Below, piece by piece: positions 1 to 13,740 of a stretch of DNA of 64,000 nucleotides. Both the position numbers and the translations under genes were made by a program. The notes under the pieces are model-generated. The model did no database searches and was not told the DNA's origin. It was given only the letters and a program-made list of their open reading frames with translations. Origin of the DNA: Phoronis australis (Eukaryota > Animalia > Phoronida); the NCBI GenBank assembly GCA_002633005.1, contig NMRA01000113.1:402441-466440 (forward strand), given 5' to 3'. Numbering within the stretch: position 1 is the stretch's first letter; every line of letters begins with the position of its first letter.

Positions 1-3000
1 ATCTCGGCTTTGCTAAGCTTTTCCTGTAATTCCATTATTGTGTGGTTTCGTTGCTGAAGCAGTTGTGTGGTTAACTGAGAATTCGAAGAGTGAAGATAAC
101 ATTCATCTTTGCTATGTTTTTCCAACGTTCGTGTAGCGTTCTGTTGCAACAAAGTGGTCTCACTCAATGACTGACACTGGTTTTCCAAGCGCTCGTTTTC
201 CAACTGCAGTGCTTCAATTCGTTCAGATAGTTCAACAACTTTTTCATTAGCGTTTTCCAGTGACTGTGTTTGACTTTGAAGCTCTCGTTCAAGGTTAGAT
301 GATCTGTCTGCCAGAGTCTGACGCATGTCTAATGATTCAACCACGTGCCTGTTTTCCGCCGCTTTTAGTTCATTTTCAAGCTCGTGAACTTTCTTATTAC
401 GCTTTTGAATAAATGTTTTAAGAACTTCATTGTCTGCAGACATTGTATCAATCGTACATTGCAAACGGGAAACCTTTGTTTCAGAACTTTGAAGTTGTGT
501 TCGAATTACTGTTTCATGGCTCCGCGCTTCAGCTAGTTGACTCTGCAAGCTGTCAACTGTCCTGTTAAGGACTTCGTTTAGCTTTTCTTTCTCAGAAAGT
601 GCCACCTTTATGTCATCAAACTCTTTACACTCAAGGTGCTTTACGCGTTCGTCTAGATTGGACCTCTGTGTACGAAAAGTGGTATACAATTTCTTTAGAA
701 TCACAAGTTCTTTATCCAGTTCACCTAGTTTTGTACGTGTTTCTTGTAAGTCTTCGTCTTTCATCTTCAGCTGTTGATGGAGTACCAACTCACGGGATTC
801 TCGCTGAGAAATAAGTTTCAATTGTGATTCTAATAAATCGGCTTTCGCCCGCAGATCGCTTACAATACTCAATCTCTTTCTTGCATTTGTCTCACCAAAT
901 TTTAAATAATTAGTTAAAGTGTGAAGAAGAGTTTGTGAGTTAATCTCTATCTCCGACACATGCCCACTCAACCTAGATATGTCTTGTTTAACGTCACACA
1001 GATTATTATTTTCAACTTGATCTTCAAGAGCATTTATTTTTTCTTTAAACAATCCGATCGCGTCGTTCTTCAAACTGATATCAGTTCGTAATTTACCTTC
1101 AGTAGACTCACTGTTCCCTTTCTCTTCACTGCTTTTGGCATGCTGAAGATCATGTATTTGACGTAGGTAAGTACTTCGTTCCTCCTCGTAGCTTTTTTGT
1201 TTCTCCCAATATAACGAACGCAGCTCTTCAATGGCTGAGAATTGTTTCAGCAAAGCAGTGGCACTTTCCCTTAATTCCTCGAACGCCTCCTTACCTAAAG
1301 TCATTTCTCTAAGGTTAACTTCTTTTGCCACCAGTCTCTCCTGGAGCTCGTTGATCTGCTGGTCTTTTCTTTTTATGTCCATTTCAAGAGAACTGTGCAC
1401 AGCTTCAAAGTTGATGGTATTATCAGGATACTCGGACAAATTGTTCACATTTCGATTATGCGGCTGCTGTTCACTCAGTTTTCTGCCAAGACTATCATCC
1501 GCTTCTCTGATTTGTTGAGCATCCGACGATGTCGTTGCCGAAAAGTTGGTCACACTGTCCCTCTGATCTGGCTGAATTGGTTGGGCATGATCATGGCTAT
1601 AGTGCTTAACGCTTCCTTCTCCATCTATGTCATGACAATGAATTTTCATCAGACTTCGCTGAGTTTGACCAAGCTCTTGTCTGAGTTGTGAGTTTTGTTT
1701 GGCAACGATTTCCAATTCTCTCTCTTTCTCTCTAACGGTTTGTCTCATCAGTCCCATAAATGCGTTTTTTTCAAAGCGCATTGATGTGAGTTGTCGTTGT
1801 AAACTACGTATTCTATCATCCTTCAACTCTGTTCTCGACTGTAAAGTCACTTCGATCTCACTTCGAAGTTCTTCAGGGCTTACAATACCATCAGTGACAT
1901 CTGCCGGTCCTTCAAAAGAACTCTGAGAACTCTGAGAAACACGCATATGTAGTTTTTGTTGAAGCACGTAAACTTGTGACATAAGTGATTCTATAGTTTT
2001 GTCTCTTTTTTCAATTTCTCGTTGTTTTACAGCAATAATTCCATTCTTCCACTCGCACAGGTGTTCTCGCTCATCACTTACGCGTTTAACCTCTTCCGCC
2101 CATATTTCTTTTTGTTCGTCAAGTTCTTTTTGCTTATCAAGTACTTTCTGTCGCAGTTGTTGACACTGTTCGCTCAGCTGAAGACTTTCGACGTGTTCTC
2201 TTTTTATTTCCAGATAAAGACCTTCTATCACTTTTTCTTTTTCACAGGGGGTACTTTTCCTTCGAGCTTGCCAGGTTTGTATGTTTTGTCTACGCAAAGT
2301 AGTCTTGGCGTTAGTGCCTTCGTTTACTGTTGCGCTATAGAATCTTTCAACGTTCGTTTTAGTGAGTTGACTTGTTTTGCGTTGACGATCTTCGCGTACC
2401 ATTCCAGTGGTATCTTTTCCAGTCGTTTGGTTCACGTGTGTTTCGTCGTCTGGTAACAGTATGTTTTCCTCATTTGTAGTGTTTCGTTGCATAATATGAA
2501 TTTCATGTTCAGTCTCCAAGCGATTCTCTTCCCTGTGTTCTAGAACCCAGCGCAATTCCCTATTTTCCATCTCTTGTTTTTTGACAGTCTGTTCTAAATC
2601 ATCAATCTGTGTTTTCAGCTTTTCTATCAACGCGCAATTTTCCTTTTCCTTGGAAGGAATACTGTCTTTCCTTTTCTTTGAATTGTTGAAAAAGGATTTT
2701 TTTCTGGAATCTTTTGATGACCGTTGGTGCAAATTTTTATCAGCCATTTCTTTCGTCAACCGAAATACCTCCCTTTGGGATTCCCCTAACTGAGTGCGTA
2801 TTTCCTTGTTTTGGGCGGTAACGTTTCCAATAGCAATTTGATTTGCTTGCAATTGATTTTGTAAATCACTTACGTCCTCCGCCTTTTCTTTACGTAAGGT
2901 ATGGATCTCTTGATGTAACTTCAACACAACATCGAATGCTTCAGGATCATTGGCAAATAACTGTTTTTCTAGTTCCAATTTTCTTTTGTTAGCAGTAAGT

Positions 3001-4671
3001 AATTCTGTCTGTGTTTGTGATAAACGGGACTTTAAAAACTCGACCAGACCCTCCATGTTCTCTCTCTCACCGTTCGCGTCTTTAAGCTGTCCATTCAGTA
3101 ACGCGACGGTGCGACTGTAATGTTCTTCCGCAGCATGTGATGCTACTTTGCTGCAGCTGGGATTATCATCGCCCTCTAAAGTCTTCGAGGCACTTAAACA
3201 TTGCAGGTTCACTTGAAGTGCAACCAGGCGACTGCGAAGCTCTTGGTTGTAATCCTCACTATATTGCAATTCCTTCTCTTTTTCATTTAGTTCAATCTGT
3301 AATAACGCTAGTGAACTACTTTGATTCAAGCACATCACCTTCAACTCATTCATTGCAACCACATTTGAACATTTATTACCAGCACATGAACATTGCTGTG
3401 GTTCGTCGTTATCTGCGGTGCTACCTTCGGATTCCTCTCTGTTGGATTGATTTCTATTAATGGCATCAGGCTTTTCATAAACAATCTCCTTTTTTCTTTT
3501 GTTTGATTTAGAAGAGAAAGGCCCCCCTTTTTGTGGCTCATTTTCAGTATGTATTGGAACATCGACACTATTTGGAGAAACTTCGGTGTCACTTGTAACT
3601 GTTTCATTTTCACCAACTTCCATAGTTTTCGTTTGTTGTAAAAAGGTTTCTGACAACTGAGATTTGTCCACTGTCGCTACTTCGTTGTTGTCCAGTGCAC
3701 GTCCCGTTAACTTCAAGGTACTTTCATATTTTACCTGTCCTTTTCTAAATTCTTGATTTTCTGCAGCTACTGTCTTGTAATCCTTAATTATTAGATCTAA
3801 CTCCTCATTTTTCTGATCAATTATGTGATAGCAAGAATTTAGTTGGGCGAGTAACTCGACCTTCTCAAGACGTGCTTCACCTAACTCTGCCTTCGCCTCC
3901 TTGTGGAGACGTTCTGCATTAGCAAGCTCTCTATTTCTCTCCTTTAGGTTGTCATCAATCTCATTACAACCATCCCCACATTGTTGGCAGCGCAGTAGTA
4001 TCTCAATCTGTTTGTCTCGTTTGGTTAATGCGACAAGTGCTTTACGGTAACAACAAATTTCTTTACTGTCATTTGACAAACAAGGACAGTTTTGAGGTTT
4101 GACATCACCTTCAATAGTTTGACTTTCTGCAATTTCGGCAATTCCCATTACATTATCACATGCCCTGTTCCACGGCATATTGGAATCAAATAAAGATCGT
4201 CTAAGGTCTTGGATTTCTCTCTCACGATCTTCCAAAATCAACATGGCCATAGTGCAGTTTTTCTCCAAGTATGACAATCTGGAATAGCAAACCATGTCAT
4301 CACTTCCAGCAGAATACATTTTGTTTGCGGAGTAATTGCAACGATGGTTATCACTGCATACGTCCACTTCAAGATTAGAATTGTATTGATGTGCAGTCGC
4401 TATTTCAGTATTTGGCTCGTGCATATGAGACAGTGTTTCACACGTTGATGATTCAACTTCAACATTTTGACTCTTGTCCTTTGCAGATAGCTTTGAAGTA
4501 ACAGGGGGCATAGAGTCAAACGGAAACACAGGCTTTCGTTTTCCTTCCACAGACTGTCAAGCTTAATATCCGTAACTGTTGTTTTGATGACAACTTCGTC
4601 CTCTAGGTTTTCGCAGTACGTGCGATATACTTTGAGTTCCTCGGTCAGCGATTGCACAGATTTCTGTAGTT
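1..4671 (-). CDS. Very large exon encoding an unidentified coiled-coil protein (>1,500 aa, truncated by the window edge); apparent 1-nt frameshift near 4504-4508
   Basis: Spot translations near 4550, 3179, 2159 and the window edge all fall in one minus frame, and the ORF track lists no stop-terminated ORF in that frame, consistent with it staying open from about 4556 to base 1. Peptides are E/K/Q/L-rich and heptad-like (QLRQKVLDKQKELDEQKEIW; LQQRNHTIMELQEKLSKAE). A different frame after the acceptor tttccag|4671 gives ELQKSVQSLTEELKVYRTYCENLE. Confidence 0.85.
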
Positions 4672-5940
4672 CTGGAAACAGACCTCATGTTTAAGCAACA
4701 CTGAATTTAACAAAATAAAGAATTCGATGATCTTAGTGTTGGAGGAATGACTTTTCCAATCCCTTAATCCGCCATAAATCTAGCCATCCAGCTTGCCGCA
4801 TGGAGACTTACGTTAAGGATACTATAAACTCTGTTTTTGCTTGAACCGGGGTCTAACCTTTGTAATCGAAACACGAAACTAGAAAATCAATGAATTTTAA
4901 GGAACACTTGAGTTACCTTGGAAACATGACTACTCGAATCATGCGGGGTAATTGGTTCACTTCGGGTTTCAACTCAGTAGTCTGAGTTAGGATATTTGAC
5001 CCTGGTATGTATGCTCTTCTGAAGTGATGTTCTTTATTTGAATTCAATTTGGTTAAGGCACAGTAAAAGTCCGAAGAGGGTCATACTTCTCAGCGGCGGC
5101 ACTAAATAACATTGAACCGTCTTGGGGCCAGCCGGTTGACTTGCTATGAGCTGAGCTGGCTAACTCGAGAGTGGACGATAACTGACGGTCTTTCAAATTG
5201 AATAATGAACAAAGAGAGACTTATCATAACGGCGAGTGGCCTAAATCATGTACTTGACAGGAAACAGGGGTTCTTTGTTCTTCTAACAAACTACGTAAAC
5301 TGTTACGTCAGATAGATCTTATAGGGTGCATTATGAACTTACCTACATATTCAACGCACCTAGCTGTTTTATCAACGGCAGGAGCATTAGTCTGAAAGAA
5401 ACACCACGTCGTTCATGGCCGGACAGTGCTTCACTGGACAGTCTTTCCATTCCCAGGAAGCAAGCGGCAGAAATAAGAAAGTGGGAATATTGTTGCGAAA
5501 AACGGGAGGTCGATTGAGGTTATGAAAATTGCGCCATCTGGATAGCAATGTGTGAAACAAGTTAGCATTATTCACACTTTTAAGCTGTCCAAGTTTAGTC
5601 ATCAAATCCGCATCTCGCTCACGTGAAGTTCATGATTAGTAAAATAATCATTTTAGCTTTTCTTTTCTTTGTTTTTATCATTTTAAGACAGAATGGGTTT
5701 CTCCAATTGAAATACTTCAATGAAACAGAAAGTCAACATTTCGGAAATTGCAAATCTGTATGCATGCTTGCAAATCTGTATGTATGCTTATGTATGTTCA
5801 ATATTTAATAACTTTGGTGCCACTCATCTTTTTGGGGCCATTTTCTTGGTGTACCATGCGGCAATTTGAAAGCTAAACATAAAAATTCTATATTGAATTA
5901 TGCTTTTTCGGAAAAATTCTAAGAAACACGATCACCTAAT

Positions 5941-6085
5941 TACGGTGGCCAAAGATGACACTACGAGTTTCTTTTTTAATTATCCGAAAAACTCGAGATC
6001 CCGACTTATTTATCTCGAGATCCTGGCTTAATTATCTCAGGATCTAGAGATCCCAGATAATTTTCTTCAGTGTGTCATTGTACGT
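5941..6085 (+). mobile_element. MITE-like element end with internal ctcgagatcc/ttatctc subrepeats (copy A)
   Basis: Begins TACGGTGGCCAAAGATGACA, followed by tandem subrepeats; a near-identical inverted copy lies at 8140-8253. Confidence 0.6.
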
Positions 6086-7542
6086 AAATAGTCTTCTGGC
6101 GCGTCGCATTGCCACACCATCTGGATAGACAGCAGAAAGAATGAAGCGCACGGTTTCTCGTTTCATCACTAAGCCATTAGTGACACATTTGTGGTGCATG
6201 ATGAATGTTGCTGCCCTGACATCGATATTTGGCGGTCTATAAAACCAATCACATCATCGACGCGCGATTCCTAGTCTCGACAACAAACGCCGAAGGTGCC
6301 TTCCTGCTAACACTAATAATGATACCAAAGCGATACCTGAGCATGTCTGCGGTTTCTTTTTGAGACACCCCTAAGTTGAAAAGATCTCGAAAGGCTTCTT
6401 AACAGAAAACAAGACCAACCATGTGAGACCGGTTTTATAACAGTAAGAGGCGTTATTCTATTATTGTTTTTCATCCAGCAAAACTAGTAGTACGGCAGTT
6501 TTGTGCGGAATGATTATCTTTAAAATCAGGCATGTAAATCTGTTGTGGCGTGATAAATCTAAGTTCTGTCCTTTCCTCAGATCATGTTATCCGGACTTTT
6601 AACAGATGGAAGTTCTAAACATAAGCGTTGTCATTGATGCTTTGTTGCTATGTGTCCTGATAGCTCTACTGTACACTGTGTGGGTAAAGATTGTAAATGG
6701 CCTTGATTACTTGTCCTGATGATGTTTGAGACATCGAAACGTTATGAAGTTGAAAATCTCGTTGCTTTTATTAACACTGTCACGTTTCTTCGTTGAGACA
6801 ACAAGCGTTATACCCCGTTTCACGCCAGAGATAGGATCGCACGTGGTTTTACATACTTTGAAAGTTGAGTCACCTACGCATAATATAGAATTTTTTCCAG
6901 GCAACTGCTATTTGAATTATTTGATAAAGTGATATGCCCATCATAATGTCATGGCTCAGAAATATATGGTTTTAAGGAGTACGGTTGAAAAGATGCATTT
7001 GCGTAAAATTATTCTTAGAGTACAGTTTAAGTGGGAACCGTCAGCTCTAATACTTTTTTCTCGGGTGGTTCTCGGCTATTTTTCGGCAAGGGTGCGGCCG
7101 CTGAAAACTTAGTTTAACTGAAGATGTATTTTCTTGTAAAAATGCATGCAGCCCATGTTATACGCAGTTGTACAATGTACAAAGTTACGTGATCCACATC
7201 GTCTCTTCTTTTACCAGCTGTCAACAGTCACATCCATGTACGTAGCAAACTGTCAAATTCTGAGGGCCCCTCGTGGGTTTCAGAGTTATTATCCTTGTCT
7301 AACTGAGGCCGACCGGTCCAAACCTCTGTTTTTTTGTTGTGTCATTGTAATATTCTGATATTACGAAGTCAGAATATAAGACTTGCTGTGTCAAATACTT
7401 TATTGGAACTAACTAAATTATCTACAAGGTGGCTTATATAGAACAATGACTAAGCAGCATGCAATTCTTTCAATGGAAGTGGTAATACCATACATAGAAC
7501 TTTCTTTACTCAGAATCAATTAAACTATAGTCTTGCACTAAC

Positions 7543-7916
7543 TGGTATGCGTGAGTAATATATCTGCTATATGTTTATCAAAACATTACATCTCTCCTCA
7601 ACTTAGAATAATTTCTACAAGTACACAAACATAAACACATTTCAACAGTCCATGTAGCTTGTCCAGTAATTGTAATTTTAGTCAGTCACAAAGTCTTGCA
7701 AATATCCTGGTTTGCGTTTAACACGTGTAGATCGTCTGACAGTAGGATCCTGTTGTTGAGGTTTTGTCTCTGTTGGTGTAGTATCGACAAAGATTTTATA
7801 GATTCCAGAAATTCCCTTTCGTCATTCTCGCCCACAACTGGTGTAAATTTCGAATTAGTATGTTTAAATGGTATGCGTGAGTAATACATCTGCTATATGT
7901 TTATCAAAACATTACA
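7543..7916 (-). mobile_element. Possible Penelope-like retroelement 3' fragment bounded by about 48-bp direct repeats
   Basis: Direct repeat tggtatgcgtgagtaata(t/c)atctgctatatgtttatcaaaacattaca at about 7543 and 7869. The minus peptide KFTPVVGENDEREFLESIKSLSILHQQRQNLN resembles the F..E...R..LES..I....LN tail of Penelope GIY-YIG domains. Confidence 0.35.
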
Positions 7917-8139
7917 GCCATTTTTGTTTTTTCCTTCACCGATGGGCCCCTTAACTCCCGCGGGCCCGAGGGTTGTAGGCCCTCCTGTCCACCCCCTCTC
8001 GACGCCTCTAACCATACATTTAATTTTGTTTGCAATGTACTGTTTTTATTCAAACTACTTCGAGTATTCGTAGTGGAAACCACGATTTATTAGTTGAGAC
8101 CGGTGGTTATTTGAAAACAGACTATGTTGATAGGATCGA

Positions 8140-8253
8140 GACCCCGAGATAATTAACTCGGGATCTCGATATTCTGAGATAATTAAGTCGGGATCTCGAG
8201 ATCTTCGAGCTAATTAAAAATGAAACGCGCGATGTCATCTTTGGGCCACCGTA
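8140..8253 (-). mobile_element. MITE-like element end (copy B, inverted relative to 5941-6085)
   Basis: Ends TGTCATCTTTGGGCCACCGTA, the reverse complement of the copy A start, with the same gagataattaa/ggatctcgag subrepeats. Confidence 0.6.
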
Positions 8254-9701
8254 AGTACAGTACAAAACGAAAATAAATCACAAAGAGGGGGCCTACCTTT
8301 TAAAGCGGCTATCAACCGCCTTGGTTGACTTTTGATTGAGGCCACTTTCCACTATCAATTTGTTCTCAGCTTGTTCCTTACTAAGATGAGAAATGATATC
8401 TGGTGCAGGGAATAACGGGCAGTGTGCAGTACTTGAGACCATGCTGGCTCAAAGCAGCAAATGACCCGCCATGAGAAGCCAACTTATCGAGCTTAATCTT
8501 GAGCTAAAAATGACACATAGGGACTGGATAAAATTAGACAATGTAGAAACAGGTAGAGCTCCTTTTCTTTTCGCTCCAGTGCCGCACCCTCGGAAGCTTT
8601 TTTAATTAATGAATATTTTAACCGGGTTTTAAAGTGTTTTACCTTTTTTCTACATTGATCCTGAACAATAACGTCCGTTGTTTCAAAGTCCAAGCTTGAA
8701 AATGGTATCTAATCTGAACAAGGAACAAGTTAAGGCCATATTTATCAGAGAAAATAGCCTAAATAAAAAGTTATTTTTTGACGGAAGGAAATTCTATACT
8801 TTTTTACTAGACGAGCATTGCAACAGGCAGGCTGTCAGTCGCACTGTCAACACACTACTCTTACAGACAGGCTGTCACTCACACTGTCAACACCGTCTAC
8901 CCCCACTCTTCCGTAGTGGTCCGCACATCCGAAATACGCCATATGCTTTCATTATTATCGGGTAGGAATAATTAAAATAACGTCACAGCGTAATGACGTG
9001 AGACGTTGTTAGTTTACGATTCTTTTGATAAATGTTGACATGCAGGAGGTGTATGAAAATATACCATGTGGAAGGCAGCCGAGTTTGAAAAGAAATCAGT
9101 CAGGATGCTAGTAGAAGTGTTGATACGATTTACTACCGCCATCCGCACTCATTTATACTGGACTTTAAGAAAATGTAAATATCTTCTTTCATACATAAAC
9201 ACATTCTTAAAACATATGTTTCTTACTTCGTAGCGTGTTTAGATATAGAATGCTCCACACCATGTCGCGCACAACCTACATAAAAGTTATTTTTATTTTG
9301 TATCTGACAGCAGTTCTTGTTGTATTTGGTCTTGTTATTGCATTATCGTTTTTAAAACAACCATTAGCCCACTCACGACTTTTAACGTTTGCAGCGAATA
9401 TATTCATTAATTTCCACGCCTTATGTTGACTTATGTTTAGTTAACAGTAGGTCCTACACTATCTTGTAAACACTGATTTGCAGTCAGAGTTGTTTTTCCA
9501 AAAAGACTTGAATTATCACCGAAGCGCTTATTTGGAACTGGGCGCTTATTTAACAATGGTCCTTGTAACTGGCTTTTACCTGGTGCTTATGAACACCCAA
9601 CACCAGGTATGTTTGAGTGGTCTTTGTCTTCACACTGTTTCTAGCAACTCCCAAAGTAAAGAGATGAAACAGGTAATTGACTCTTAGGTTGTGTAACCAT
9701 T

Positions 9702-11040
9702 AATCAATCAATCAATCAATCAATCAATAGTTCAATTATATTTTGTTGCAATAAGGACACTGGCCCACATTACAAACAATAACATATAGGGTGAATAATT
9801 ATGTACACTTAGCACACATTTTACAGATCCGCTAAAGATTCTGAATAAAAAAATACTCAGACAAGTTTCTTAACTCATTTACAGGTAGTTCCTTTTCATA
9901 ATTTACAAAAGTACCATGGACCACATTGGTGATATATGGCAAGTATCCCAGGCAAGATGTTACATAAAAATAAATTTACTTTACACTATTCAAGTCACAG
10001 CAAGTATACAACCTTTGTGAGAGTTCAGTATCCATTCTTCTACCTGTTGATATTTAACTGAATAGAGCACATCTGCATCTTGCCGAGATAGATAACTGAG
10101 CAAAGTTTTCAACATGAGATATTCCAATACTAGGTCGTTTTTGAAAATACGAATATAATGAGACTACTATGCCTGCGTGCACCCGGGGGGCTCAAACAAG
10201 CCGCCCTATTTGGCGAAGTGGGCAAACAGGTCCACTTCAGGGAAACAAAAAGTCCGAAAAAGTAGAAAACAAGAAAAAGTCTACTAAAAAGGCAGGAATT
10301 CGGCAAATGCACAATACATAGCTCTGAACGTACCCGTTTTTTTGTTTTTTTCTTGTCTTTTTCTTTTAGTAAAAGGTCCACATTCTCAAAAATTCGAGCC
10401 CCCTTATTTTTTAGGCTGTGTGTGCGCATGCTATGAGACAACTATTCTCCAATACAATGTTCAGTGGTATTACATATCTTTACATCAATACAATGTTCAG
10501 TAGTATTCCATATCTTTACATCAAATCTCCTCATCGCTAGTCCTTGGTTAATCCACACAATCCCGAAGTCAGTTGAGCACAACAACCTTTTATCTTTAAT
10601 AAATCCCAGCGAATTCAAACTGCAAAGTTTAACATGCTTTTTGCTGTATTTTCTTTTCGGTATCCTTACAATTCTTAACCATTATTTAATTATTTAAGCT
10701 AAACTCTAAACGCAGCCACATTGGATGTGTTCTGCAATATACCTAACAGTTATGCACCAACTCTATATGGTGCCTGCATGAAAACGCCATATCTCACAAC
10801 TGTACAAGAGAATTGGTAACATTTTGGCATTGAACAATTTCAACCAAAGTGTAACTGGCAAAAGGAAAAGGTTCCAGGGTCTCTCTTTAGCACAAATAAT
10901 GCGTTGCAAGCTTTTCCAGTCAGGTTCTTTTGAGTTGATGTCCAAGTAACGTTGATGATAAATCGTATACTTAAATGAATGTACCTTAATTTCACCACTT
11001 CTTTGTTACTATTTAAAAAACAATTTTCGTAATGTCACAG
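9702..11040 (-). mobile_element. Degenerate, 5'-truncated non-LTR retrotransposon (LINE) ORF2 3' end with (TGAT)n tail
   Basis: Minus peptides KLFNAKMLPILLYSCEIW (RT C-terminal LF...PILLYG.EIW motif) and QLNISTGRRMDTELSQRLYTCCDLN (L.IETGR...R.C..C motif), with stops and frameshifts. The (ATCA)n microsatellite at 9702-9728 marks the 3' end. Confidence 0.75.
10169..10430. mobile_element. Short MITE-like insertion within the LINE relic
   Basis: GC-rich ends (gcgtgcacccgggggggctc ... gagccccc...gtgtgcgcatg) flank an AT-rich core and interrupt the LINE sequence. Confidence 0.4.
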
Positions 11041-12023
11041 ATTACCACCATTTATAAATACCATTACTTTTATTTTATTTACTGTCAATTTCCATTATGG
11101 TACTACCTGTCTAACTGGCCAGTTGGTCTTTGCATTGAGAATGCAGTGTTAGCAAGCATCACTAGATTGTCACATCCTGCATACACCGGTCCTCTCACTG
11201 TGCTCGTTCATCAGTTATTCACTGTAACTATCCATATTCCTTATTATTTTTCTAGCTAGTAATGAACGTCTCTTCTCTAAGGCAAGCCTGAATGGACATC
11301 CTGGGGACATGAATAAGATGCTCCTGAAATCTGCCTTTTGAACCAATATGGTCGTCTGTTCATTAAGAACAATTCAAAATGTGTTGACATTGTTAGACCA
11401 TGACCAAGATATATGCTGTCGCACTTCACAGGTGTTCATTGCAGAAGTTCAAGTTTTTGGCACTTGGGGATTGCCCACATACTGAAATAGTTTAAATAAC
11501 AATATAATGATTTAAAATGTGACATTTCTGTTAAGTTCTAGTGTCAAATTGTTACGATACAGTTTTTATGTAAAACAAAATAGCCTTTTTGTATTCAAAA
11601 CTTGTCAGTGTACTACAGGAACAGAGCCAAAACTTAGCTGAAAAGGTGTGGCGGTGTGAGAACAACTGAAAATTGTTGATGAGTAAGGCAAAAGATGGAA
11701 AGAAAGGACATGAGGTTGAAACCTTAGACAAATGAAATGTCGAGCATCTTTCGCCAAGGTCTATTACACCAGGATTACGTAACTCCTGCACAATATACCC
11801 AAACCAAGGTTAGATAAATCTTGCACAATTATATTCAATACTATCGAGGTGATTGACACAAAACAACTACTCAAGAGAGAACACGATTTTTAATACACTA
11901 ATTTCTTAGTTGGAATTCAGAGAAAAAGGAAATATCACTGTTTAAAATTGAATGCAGTAACCTATGCAAATGGTGATGTGAAAGTAAAATCTTTTTACAA
12001 CATTGTATGTCCACTGGGTGTCA

Positions 12024-12128
<105 letters not shown>

Positions 12129-13466
12129 CTACAACAGGATATTGAAAAAACTTAACAATAATACTAGGAATTTCCGTGAACGGTTCCCTCAGATACAGAT
12201 CTATGGAAAAGAATACAGGCTCACATGCTTACAATCAGAGGCACAAAGACAAGGTTTGCAAGGATTCCAAATAAACAAGGTCAGCAAGAGTCAAAAACGA
12301 AAACAAGGCTACTCTGGACTCTGATTCACGTGAGGAAAAGGTGCCTGTGCCTTCTGCAAGGGGAATTTTTCAGTTGAGGGAAAATGTCTCCCACCAGTCA
12401 CCATCAATTCCACCCCTCAGTCACCACTCCTCATTGACAATGCCTTAAGAACACCAAAACTAACATTTTGCATACATGTAAGTGATTCTTACCTAGAGGG
12501 AATTCTTAATCGTTAGAGGGTACTTTTTAGGCCTGTTGAAGAGAATTTCGTGTGGTTTTCAAACATTTTTCATAGGCAAATGGGTCCGATATTCATCCCC
12601 AAAATTAAGGGTTCGAGAGCCTTACATGACAAAACAAAATGCAACTACCAGTACCATTGGACCTATAAACTCTCTTTAAGTTAACTTTATTTACTTGTCA
12701 GTGTATTTAGCCATAGATGTTATCTCAGTAAAAGGAGGTATTTTCTGAAAGCAGAAAGTCTGTAGAATTTGATAAGTGACTTAATACCAAACTGGAATTA
12801 GTTGGATCACATGTTCCATGTCTTTTTAATAAAATTTAGCAAAAAAGTAAGGTACCGGTACATCCATAGCCAAACAACAGTATCACTAACATGACCAAAG
12901 TCTGTGAAATACTTGAACAAGATGCAATCTAAAAAAATGATGTTACAGTTTTCTAAATCATAATCTCGTTTCTGTTTTATGCCACTTTTGAGTTTTTCAT
13001 AAAAACCATAAAAGCCCTATTTTTGCTAGCCCTTCATGCAGCCCTGGGGTTAAATTCCCTAGACCGCACAACATTAAAAAAATCTTATTCAACCTGACCA
13101 ATCACTTCAGTGCGTGCTATTCTACTAGTATAGGCAAGCTAGTAAACTCTCGAGGATACTCATGAAAAACATGGAATTTCAGTGGCGCGAATTTGCAAGA
13201 TTTTTGCTTTTCTCACAAGAAATCAAGTGTATGGAACCTCTGATATGAATCCCTTCACTGCTACTACACCAGTTAGTGATATATGCTGAATAGGCACCAC
13301 TGACCATGGGAACTTACTTCAATCTATTAGAACCAGAAGTAAGGAAAGTATTCAAAGTAGTATTTTGTACACCTACACATAGCTACATACGTATAACCAC
13401 CAAAAGTCTGGCATTAGCATAGTTAGGAGCAACCAAATACATCTTTAAACCATCATAGTCACATTG

Positions 13467-13740
13467 CTGTAAGTACTTTTTGTACATAGAAGGGCACCTT
13501 AGAAGGCCATCGATGTCTTTAATTCCTTCCAACGTGAACAAATACTCCCATAATCAAGCTAAATTCGAGCAGTCTTTTGTTCAGTTGCCCAAATTAGCAA
13601 CTGGCCATTTTTACACTGCTCGCGCCAAATGATATGATGTCATATCCCTTGGCATGTGCAGTGGGAGTATATGTTTGAAGGAATTAAGGACATTGACGGC
13701 CTCCTAAGGTACCCCTCTATCTGCAAAAGGAACTTATCAG
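13467..13740. mobile_element. Fold-back element with about 80-bp imperfect inverted arms
   Basis: taagtactttttgtacatagaagggcaccttagaaggccatcgatgtctttaattccttc (from 13470) pairs with gaaggaattaaggacattgacggcctcctaaggtacccctctatctgcaaaaggaactta (to 13736). Confidence 0.7.

Noticed and set aside
599-3460. Plus-strand ORFs of 70-144 aa in the track
   Set aside because: They are antisense shadows of the long minus-strand coiled-coil exon, with the typical F/S/L-rich composition.
4812-4879. Upstream coding exon of the coiled-coil gene (ttttctag ... gtaagt on the minus strand)
   Set aside because: Its only open frame ends in phase 0 and hits a stop when joined to 4671; it could be UTR but this is unsupported.
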